Assembly (NCBI GenBank): GCA_000091205.1
Contig: AP006490.2
DNA length: 64,000 nucleotides
Origin: Cyanidioschyzon merolae
Taxonomy: Eukaryota
Strand: one strand, 5' to 3'
Of this stretch, positions 55,864 through 64,000 are shown one piece after another (the stretch's first letter is position 1; each line of letters begins with the position of its first letter). A program made the position numbers and the translations under genes. The notes beneath the pieces were generated by a model, which was given only the letters and a program-made list of their open reading frames with translations, made no database searches and was not told the origin of the DNA.

Positions 55864-56526
55864 AAGTCCGAACCGCACGTTATTGAACCAACGTACGAAA
55901 TCGACAAGGCAGATCAGCTTTACGAACTGAGTCTTGATCTGATCGACCAGGCGTTACGGAGGCGAGGCCTCAAGTCGACTATCTTGGCCCCTGTCTAAGG
56001 TTTGTTAGTGGTGAATATGGGATGCGCCTTCGAAGCGCAGACCGCTGCGTCGAGGACGCATGTGGGAGCAACAGCGTAACGATGAAACGGCACCCCACTG
56101 TCACGATCGGATAGTGATCGGGTGAAAGGGCACTCCTCCTGATGTGGTGAGCCAAAATTGCTTCGCAAGTCATAAAGCGTACTGCAGTAGTGATTAATAT
56201 AGCTATAGCTATGAGCTATTTCGCATCGAATGCGCCAGAGACTGCCAACTGTGGTCGTTCAAGAGGGCAGAGCGTGTTTATTTGGGTAATCTGTAACTCT
56301 TTTTGCCATAAAGGATACGGCAATAGAAGCGCACTTGCAGACGTTTGAAAAATCTGTGGGTATTCGATATCAAAGTGGGTCAACGGGCGTGGATTAATGA
56401 AAGCTCGGCAGTGAATGCTCCAGCAAGATATGGTGCATTGAACGAATCCGACCCAAGGATTGTACCAGGCGCTAGCTATGGGTCAGCATTCTGGAACAAC
56501 ATTGAGACTAATCCGATCATATTTGG

Positions 56527-57657
56527 TTGATTTGGATGTTCAAACACGCTTGCAGTGACTTTCTCAATGATGTGTTTGCATTGAGGAAAGCATTCCCTAC
56601 TCCAACACCAAAAACTTCGCGGACGCCTACCACCATCTGCTCCAATGAGCTCTGCGGATCTCCAGGACAGTGCATCAACCAGGACGCTTACGAGCAAGTC
56701 GGGTGCTGCTTCAACTCCCAGACGAACGCGTGCACCCTGAAGAGCGTCTCAGCGGCCTGCAGCGCTGTTCCAGTGACGCAGCGCGTCCCCTGCGGCTGGA
56801 GCTACATCTACCCTGACGATTGCACTGCGATACCGGGATGCTGCTGGCAGCCAACAGCGAACGGCATCCTCGCGCCCTGGTGCTACTACGACATCAACCA
56901 TGCACCCCAGGCTTCTGTAGCGTTGCAGGAGGTGCAGGCACCGGTTCCCCTCTGCCCGTCACCGGGAGCGCAGCGCCAGCCGTGCGGCAACGCGGGTATC
57001 AACCAGTTTACCTGCTATGCCCAGGGCTGCTGCTACGACTCGCAGGCGCAGAACCAGTGGGTGCAGAACGGCAAGCAGCAGTGCGACTTTGCGTCGAACC
57101 CGTACTGCTTCCAGCCCGAGAAGACGTGCGCGGTGGGTGAGTTTGAGCGCCAGCCGTGCACGAACGCGGTGAATCACAACCAGCAGCTGACCAATAACAT
57201 CAACAACAACCAGTTTGTGCGTCTGCTGAACACGCTTCTGTACGGGGAGCAGCACGGGACGCAGCGCACGAGCTACGCGCCGCAGCAGTGCCTGGAGGCG
57301 GGTTGCTGCCTGGGGCTTTGCAACGAGTGCTGCCAGCCGGTTACTGAGAACGTGTGCCAGACCTACGGGTACGTCTCGAACTCGCTGAGCGGCACGACCG
57401 GCAACGTATCGAACTCGAGCTATATTCCGTGTGGCCCGGAGTGCTGCAACGCCGAGATAGAGAACTGTACGTACAACCCGTTCAGCAACAGCAATAACCT
57501 GCGACAACAGCAGCAGCAGCAACAGGTGCTGTTGCCGTCATTCTGTGTATGCAAGGACCCTACAAAGCAGTGCGGGACGTACCTGATCGCTTCGGATAAC
57601 CTTGTGAACAAGGTGCGTTGTTGCCGCTCTGGCGAGGAGTGCATCAACAACGAGTGA
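56527..57657 (+). CDS. Cys-rich protein with 3-4 trefoil (P-domain)-like repeats, Q/N-rich; probable secreted/extracellular glycan-binding protein (N-terminus/signal may lie upstream or be mis-called)
   Basis: Repeats with trefoil spacing R-x2-C-G-x8-C-x4-CC-[FWY]: RVPCGWSYIYPDDCTAIPGCCWQPTANGILAPWCYYD; RQPCGNAGINQFTCYAQGCCYDSQAQNQW (cf. TFF1 [34 protein letters not shown]); also VGCCFNSQTNAC and CLEAGCCLGLCNECC. Confidence 0.5.
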   Translation: MIWMFKHACSDFLNDVFALRKAFPTPTPKTSRTPTTICSNELCGSPGQCINQDAYEQVGCCFNSQTNACTLKSVSAACSAVPVTQRVPCGWSYIYPDDCTAIPGCCWQPTANGILAPWCYYDINHAPQASVALQEVQAPVPLCPSPGAQRQPCGNAGINQFTCYAQGCCYDSQAQNQWVQNGKQQCDFASNPYCFQPEKTCAVGEFERQPCTNAVNHNQQLTNNINNNQFVRLLNTLLYGEQHGTQRTSYAPQQCLEAGCCLGLCNECCQPVTENVCQTYGYVSNSLSGTTGNVSNSSYIPCGPECCNAEIENCTYNPFSNSNNLRQQQQQQQVLLPSFCVCKDPTKQCGTYLIASDNLVNKVRCCRSGEECINNE

Positions 57658-58398
57658 TTGTAGATTAGTCCCACACCGACTCCGAGTGCCATTATTGCGA
57701 CTGCAACTGCGTCTCCAAGTGCGTCATATTGGTGTCGACCACAACGCATGCCTCAGCAAGTGGTTCAGTATGAACCACTGCGTTGACGCCAGCTATCTGT
57801 ACAGCCCCGCGCGCGACCATAGAACTAAGAATATGTTTCAGTTATTGATATATTCATTCCATGAGGATCTTAGTTGTGCAATATAGTTCGCACATGCATG
57901 CACGCAACCTTCCAGTCCGGGTTGGCGGCCCATCATCCAATGTTGAGGGTGTCTGGACACCAAACTTCCCCCTAGACGGGATGCCAACAAATATGCAGAT
58001 GGCGTGCAGAAAGAGGGAGTTTTTCGTATTGCGTCATAGCGGGCCGGGTCCGAATGTGCGACGGGCATGCTATTAGACCTTTTGGGTGTTTGGACTCTGC
58101 ATGTGTATCTGAAACACGACTGCGGCGTAGAATGTTAACTTGCATTGCCATTACGAGAACGCCTTCATGAAACTAGATAGCAGACGCTGCAAAATATCTT
58201 TGTCCGTTTATTATAGAAATGTCCTGTTGTGGGAGCGCCGTGCGCAGATCTGCGTCATTCAGAAGGCGGTGCTTGACGCGCTTCCGTGCTGCTTACCTCA
58301 GAATACTTCGTTGAGCCTGGTGGTGGTAAGGACGGAGACAGCAGTGACAACAGTACCAGCAGCTGGAGTCTCTCCTATCCCTGGAGATTCTAAGCAAC

Positions 58399-60678
58399 TT
58401 GTTTCTCTCAGTGGCGCTTTCTTTTCACTGGTGCAGAACCTCTTTCGTATCCCATATGCGAAGAAGATATTTTTCTATATTGAGACTCCTGGTGGTAGTA
58501 TTGGTTGTGTCGGGCACACACACAGTTCGTGGAGTTTTGTCCTCCGAAGATACTTTTTTATGGACCTGGATCGGTGGTAGTAACTCTACCAGCAGTTCAG
58601 GTAGCTACGGTGTTCAGGGTGTGCCAAACACCAGCAACGTGCCTCCGGCGCGGTACGGTGCGGCCTTCTGGACCGGCGCTGACGGGGTGCTCTGGTTGTT
58701 TGGTGGTGGCAGCGACTTGAGAGACGTCTTCGGTGATCTCTGGAACTACAATCTAAGCACGTTCTCTTGGACCTGGGTTGGAGGCTCTGCATCCCTCAAC
58801 TCTGGAGGGGTATACGGCTCCCGCGGAGTTCCCAACAAGAGCAACTATCCGCCTTCGAGGACGGAATCCGCTGCTTGGAGTGACAGCAACGGAAACCTTT
58901 GGTTATATGGAGGCCATAATTTGAACTCGGGCTATAGTGATATGTGGATGTATAATGTATCGTCGGGCGAGTGGACATGGGAGCAGGGATCCAACAAGAC
59001 CAATGTTCCCCCGACATATGGTACTCTTGGGAACTCGTCTTCAAGCAACACGCCTGGCGCTCGTTTCCAACCCGCGACCTGGGTTGGCCTAGATGGCCAG
59101 TTTTATCTCTTTGCCGGATCTAGTCCTAATGGTACGTATTACGGTGACTTGTGGCAGTACAACACAGTGACCAACGAATGGAGCTGGATAGGTGGCACTC
59201 AACAGCAGATTCCCTCTGGAAGCTATGGTGCGTTTCGCCAGGCATCGCCGAGCAATTATCCCGCTGGACGTCTCGGAGCCACATCGTGGCGAGACCTTGA
59301 TGGGAACTTTTGGCTCTTTAGCGGTTACGGACAGATTGACGGAAATGGCGGCTCTCTGAATGATTTATGGCTGTACAATGTCAGCTCCAAAGAATGGACT
59401 TGGATGTCTGGAAATGACAGTGTTGGTTCGGATGGGGCAGTATACGGCGAGAAAGGAGTGCCGTCATCGAGCAACACTCCGGGGTACAGGTCCTCTTCCT
59501 CTGGATTTGTAGACTCGTCAAACACTCTGTATCTCTTCGGTGGTTATTCACCCGGTTTCTGCAACGACCTGTGGACGTTCAATACTACGAGTCTTGAATG
59601 GACTTGGGTAGACGGTGACAATACAACGGATGGAGCCTATAGCTACGGCGAGCTTAACAAGACAAGCAATACAACGCTTCCACCTCCGCGAGCTTATGCA
59701 GTTCTTTGGAATACCGATCAAAACGACCCGGTCCTGTTCGGAGGCGTAGGCAACTCAGGTTCCCTTAACGACCTCTTCACATTATACATCGCAACACCGA
59801 CGCCTACACCGACACCAACACCGACACCAACACCGACACCAACACCAACACCAACACCGACGGCATCACCGACGCCCTCCGTTACTGCACCCCCGTCGGC
59901 AACGACAAATGTGACGCAGACCGCTGTAGGCGAAGGCTCTGCGGTCTGCTTCCCCGCGGATGCCCCGGTGCTGATCGATGGTCTGGGCAACCATCTGCAG
60001 ATAAGCGAGCTTCGATCAGGTATGGCCGTAATGGGCGTCAATGGGCGCGGGCAACTGGTCGAAGATAGTGTACTAGGATGGTTGCATAACGAGGCCGGCG
60101 CTACTGCGGAGATTCTGGCGATCAAGACGCTTTCCGGAAAGCAGCTGCGTCTGACGAGACAGCATCTGGTATATCGAATGATCGAACACTCTAGAGACTT
60201 TTACGGTATGACGACCGCTTTCTCGTGTATTTCACAGAAGCAGCAGCAGCAGCATCAGCAGGAGCACATACGTCAGAGCCTTGAGCTGGGTACCTCCGCC
60301 GTTGAGGCAGTTTTCGCGGAAGATATCCGCGTGGGCGACGCTCTGCTGGACGTTGCTGCGCATCTGCCGGACCCCGTGGTGGCAATCGAGACAGTAGTTA
60401 CGCACAATGGTCTCTATGCGCCGTTGACTCGCTCAGGGCGCCTTGTGGTCGACGGTGTTCTCGTGAGCTGCTACGGGACGTACGCATCGCATGCCGCGGC
60501 ACATGCTGTGTTGTGGCCTGCGCGGGTCGATGCTCTGCGCAAGATATGGACATCAGGGCTCGGCACAGAGGGTATTGTGGGTATCATGCCATACGCAGAA
60601 AGGCTCTATCACGTTTGGACGAGTGCAGCACGTGTTTTAACGGAGGCTCGCGTAAGTGTTGTAGTTGCAGCCTGCTGA
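58399..60678 (+). CDS. Hog-type protein: signal peptide, Kelch/galactose-oxidase-like beta-propeller (~6 blades), (TP)n linker, C-terminal Hedgehog/intein (Hint) autoprocessing domain
   Basis: Signal-like LRLLVVVLVVSGTHTVRG (Met at 58456). Kelch blades: GAAFWTGADGVLWLFGG...DLWNYN; SAAWSDSNGNLWLYGG...DMWMYN; ATWVGLDGQFYLFAG...DLWQYN; TSWRDLDGNFWLFSGY...DLWLYN etc. TPTPTPTPTPTPTPTPTPT linker. Hint: CFPADAPVLIDGLGNHLQISELRSGMAVMG...LRLTRQHLVY...VVTHNGLYAPLTRSGRLVVDGVLVSCYGTYASHAAAHAVLWPAR (cf. Hh C-terminal CF.G...V....G.....L..GD.VL......LT..H..F...V.T..G.IVVN.V.ASCYA...H..AH.AFAP.R). Confidence 0.75.
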   Translation: MFLSVALSFHWCRTSFVSHMRRRYFSILRLLVVVLVVSGTHTVRGVLSSEDTFLWTWIGGSNSTSSSGSYGVQGVPNTSNVPPARYGAAFWTGADGVLWLFGGGSDLRDVFGDLWNYNLSTFSWTWVGGSASLNSGGVYGSRGVPNKSNYPPSRTESAAWSDSNGNLWLYGGHNLNSGYSDMWMYNVSSGEWTWEQGSNKTNVPPTYGTLGNSSSSNTPGARFQPATWVGLDGQFYLFAGSSPNGTYYGDLWQYNTVTNEWSWIGGTQQQIPSGSYGAFRQASPSNYPAGRLGATSWRDLDGNFWLFSGYGQIDGNGGSLNDLWLYNVSSKEWTWMSGNDSVGSDGAVYGEKGVPSSSNTPGYRSSSSGFVDSSNTLYLFGGYSPGFCNDLWTFNTTSLEWTWVDGDNTTDGAYSYGELNKTSNTTLPPPRAYAVLWNTDQNDPVLFGGVGNSGSLNDLFTLYIATPTPTPTPTPTPTPTPTPTPTPTASPTPSVTAPPSATTNVTQTAVGEGSAVCFPADAPVLIDGLGNHLQISELRSGMAVMGVNGRGQLVEDSVLGWLHNEAGATAEILAIKTLSGKQLRLTRQHLVYRMIEHSRDFYGMTTAFSCISQKQQQQHQQEHIRQSLELGTSAVEAVFAEDIRVGDALLDVAAHLPDPVVAIETVVTHNGLYAPLTRSGRLVVDGVLVSCYGTYASHAAAHAVLWPARVDALRKIWTSGLGTEGIVGIMPYAERLYHVWTSAARVLTEARVSVVVAAC
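59797..59862 (+). repeat. (ACACCG/ACACCA)n coding repeat giving a (Thr-Pro)n linker
   Basis: acaccgacgcctacaccgacaccaacaccgacaccaacaccgacaccaacaccaacaccaacaccgacg read directly. Confidence 0.9.
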
Positions 60679-63600
60679 TCTGGCAATCTGCGCGCAGGAC
60701 AGGGGCGAGCAGTACCGATGGTACCACTCTAGGTGCCGCTTTTTCTGCCATAGGATAATGTTTGAGCAATGATGGTAATACGCGCTCTATCGCGAAAAAG
60801 CATCCCGCAGCATATTGTCAGGCATTTCGGTAAGGCACACAACCATAGCAACTTATACGAACGAGCAAAGTTCCATACAAGTATTCGTATGTGTGTAGTC
60901 GTTGAAAGCCGCGGAATACAGTTTTATGTGCGAAGAAGTACAGTAGCGCCAATACTTCCGGAGAGCAAAAGCAGCAGCTGTCGGTTACTTGAGAGAGAAT
61001 GAGCCGAGCATTGCATACATCTATGCTTCGAAATAGTATAGTGGCTGGGGAGATGTTGAGCGCTCCGCTCGAACATACATTCAGATATGAAAATTGGCTG
61101 TTGGCACTGGGGCGTGGTTCTTGGAACGGTGCAGTGAGAGCGATAAGGATTTCACAGTTGGGGGGATACGAGAAAAGCATATGGGATTTATTTCAAGAAA
61201 GAAGAGCTGTATTGAACGCAATATGATCAAGATTCGCGACTGAATGTGGAGAAATAGAATTGGTTATAGTCGTACAATTCTACAGCTCCTGCAGTGGAAA
61301 GCATGAAAACGGAAAGTTATAAGGCCAAGGAGTAAATATCTCACGGTTATTCGGTTGATGCACTGCAGTCGAGAGGGACTGCCAGGAAAAATATCGGCAG
61401 TGAAATGACCCTGGCTGTCAGTAGACTTCACTAGAAAGAACGTAACCACAGCCTGATCCCCATAGTTATAAAGGCAGAGTGTACTGTGCCAGAAGCTCTG
61501 CACACTGCTCCAAACTTTGTGTAGAACGATGTTTATATTTATGTTCTGGTGCCCTGGAAGACGCACACTATGTATATACTTCATAATGAATGTAAAGCAA
61601 GTTCCCGTGCTGATGAGCTCAGTCGTGCCAGTCCTGCTGATCGCACAAGGCAGCCTACTGGTAGCAACAAACCGGTGCTTATGGAACGATCGACCTGAAT
61701 GGGCCTGTCGCCACGACTCCGACCGACGAGGCGTACCGCAGAGCGAATCCTGCATACAGTGGAGCTAGTCGGAATGTCCATGATGAAAGTCTAGATGAAG
61801 CTCAAGTGGACGCGCGACATTCAACTGGTACCTTGGAGTTTGCTACAGTCTCGTCCAGACAAGCTCCGACTCTTCCGCGGTACCCGCGTTTGGAGTTGTT
61901 CGAGTACTGGCTCTAGTGCGTTTATCGGCATGAACCGCTACATGTCCGGAGTGAGCTACAGGTGAAGCCAGTCTGTGCTTTGTGGATACGGTGCCGGCAG
62001 CATGTTTCAGAAGCCGCATCTGGTAAACTCTAGGTCATAAGGAATAAAGGCGAGACGCCAAGCAGCAAGCTTTGAACAATAAACAAGAAGCAAGGACGCT
62101 AAGGTCAGAGTTTGGGTGCTCGCGATATTTACCTCCAACCAAGCATCCCTGAAGCAGCCGCAAGCAGACTTGTATGGGCGAAAAGCTCATTGTCATATCG
62201 GGGCCAGCTGCTCTTCGATGCCGAGGCGGCGCGGTGGCTGATTCCGCCTTCCAGGAACGGTAGCGCGGAACATTGCTATTGCTACTCTAGAGATGTGTAG
62301 GGGCAATAACTAGATAGATTAGTGAACAGTGGTGCTTGAATTCAGTGTACGCGTACAAAAAAGAGCATAGGGAACAGTGTTGTGCGTGAATCCAACAAAT
62401 CAGAATACAGAGCAGAAAAAGAGGCCTCGATCATGGTCTGTTTCTAGTGCACATGTAGTTCCCTGCATGCTGCCCTGCGACAATGTGTTCATTCCTGTAA
62501 ACAATCTATATGGATGGTAAACAATGTTGGATCTCAGCTTGTATGAGAATATGCCTGGTACCGCAAGCACTACCGAGGCGATACGCTGAGGTGCATTGCT
62601 AGACCCTAAAGATCGGCACGGGGGAAGAGTAATCAGCTGTACTGGATCTTCTCAACTTCACTGAAAACGGTATCAAAGTCGGAATGCTCAATACGGGTCG
62701 GCAGGAGAGAAACAGATATAACGTACGCTTAGCGCCTGTGGATGCTTGTGGTAAGGACGCGAAGCTAGACGTACATTCAAATACTGAATGGACCCAACAA
62801 ATTATATCCATGTACCTTGTCTGAACAACCACGACACGCGCATCGATACGTAGGGTCCGTTTCCTGTATCAGACGCTCACTCCAGAAACGAGCCCAGTCG
62901 ACGTGCGACGCACAGCTGCTGAGCGAAATGGCGTACAGTCCGGTGTGCTGCATACTGCATACCGACCGCGCAAAGTGATATCGGTCGCCTCCTAGAGATT
63001 GATCGGTACGCCGAAACGGAGATTGCAGCTCCTATTAGAAATAAGGTGCCCACGGCCACTGTATGGCTGCCAGAGATTTTAGGGCCGGGTCGTCTTTTTT
63101 TTCCATTATTGCTCTCGGATCATCCATGAATCGGATCCACACGCAGGCAACAACAGGTCCCGGTCCTACAAGCTGTCGACGAAGAAACCGCACCACAGTC
63201 GCCTTGAAGCTAGCCACTAGCAAATTTGAGCTTGGATACGGCTAGTGCTAGGAACGCTGAAAGAGAAGAGATAGAGTTGCAACTGAGAATATGTTCCAAA
63301 GAAGATATGTAGCTTTGTGCTTGCAGCTGAGTGGGAAGACTTACAGCAAGTTCATAACCAAGAACGAAATACAAACAATGATGACTACTGTGGATATTCG
63401 GAGAGCTCTGAAAACCGGTGGATATGAATGTATGGAAAAGGGCTTGCAAACAACCATCAAACTCGTGTGAAGAAACACGATGAGGATAGTAGAGCTACTA
63501 AGCGGAGCAAACAACGCACACAGCGATCGAGCTGGTCAAATGTCGCAGATAATTGAAAGCTCAACAATACCAAGCCATGTGCAGATGTAAGGCCATAAAT

Positions 63601-64000
63601 TGGGTACGACGGGAACACAATTCGACAAGATTTTAAGCAGAAATATATCGAAAATAACATAAAGAAAGAATTTTCTTTGTTCGTATAAAATATTTGCGTT
63701 ACAATGGAGACGACCTGGCACCGATAAAGCAGCATTTAAGTACTGTGAGATGTTGAGAGAAAAAAAAAGAAAACAAAAAATGGTGAAGAACGACAAACAC
63801 GAAAGCAACACAAGCAAGGGCGCGATTCAGACCACGCGCGACGGCCGGGGCCCAAAACATAGGTAACGACGAGGCGGTCACATTGATATGCATCGAGAGA
63901 CCTGCGCGTACTGGAGTCTCCGAATGGCCACCCGCAGGACTCTGATGATAAGGATTCCTCTCGGCTCAATTGCTAGAGACATTACTGGGGCAATGGGGGG

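Overview
This 64 kb window reads as nuclear DNA from a GC-rich, intron-poor eukaryote with a photosynthetic gene complement, probably an alga or algal-derived protist. I cannot name the taxon from sequence alone. Long uninterrupted reading frames alternate between strands. Housekeeping genes recognisable by conserved motifs are TAF1-like (with a C-terminal bromodomain), cyclophilin B, MCM3, a DDT/WHIM-like chromatin protein, a RanBD-containing protein, biosynthetic threonine dehydratase (IlvA-like), NPL4, a cryptochrome/photolyase, mitoribosomal mL46, TMEM120/TMPIT and NAT10/Kre33. Several things stand out. (1) A light-dependent protochlorophyllide oxidoreductase (POR) gene is broken by a frameshift inside an (AC)n tract and by an in-frame TGA. 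(2) Two tandem secreted Cys-rich genes sit side by side: a multi-trefoil (P-domain)-like protein, and a Kelch propeller joined through a (TP)n linker to a Hedgehog-type Hint (Hog) autoprocessing domain. (3) Two 669-bp direct repeats of about 98% identity bracket a block of three genes. (4) There is a 66-bp minisatellite. (5) An AT-richer island carries decayed ORF fragments. (6) An 18-nt motif recurs in three places. (7) Microsatellites are abundant, both coding and non-coding: CAG, GAT, CTGT, CAGCAT, and AGC/AGT Ser-rich tracts. I saw no rRNA, no convincing tRNA and no CRISPR by eye. TGA is used as a genuine stop codon in several intact genes.
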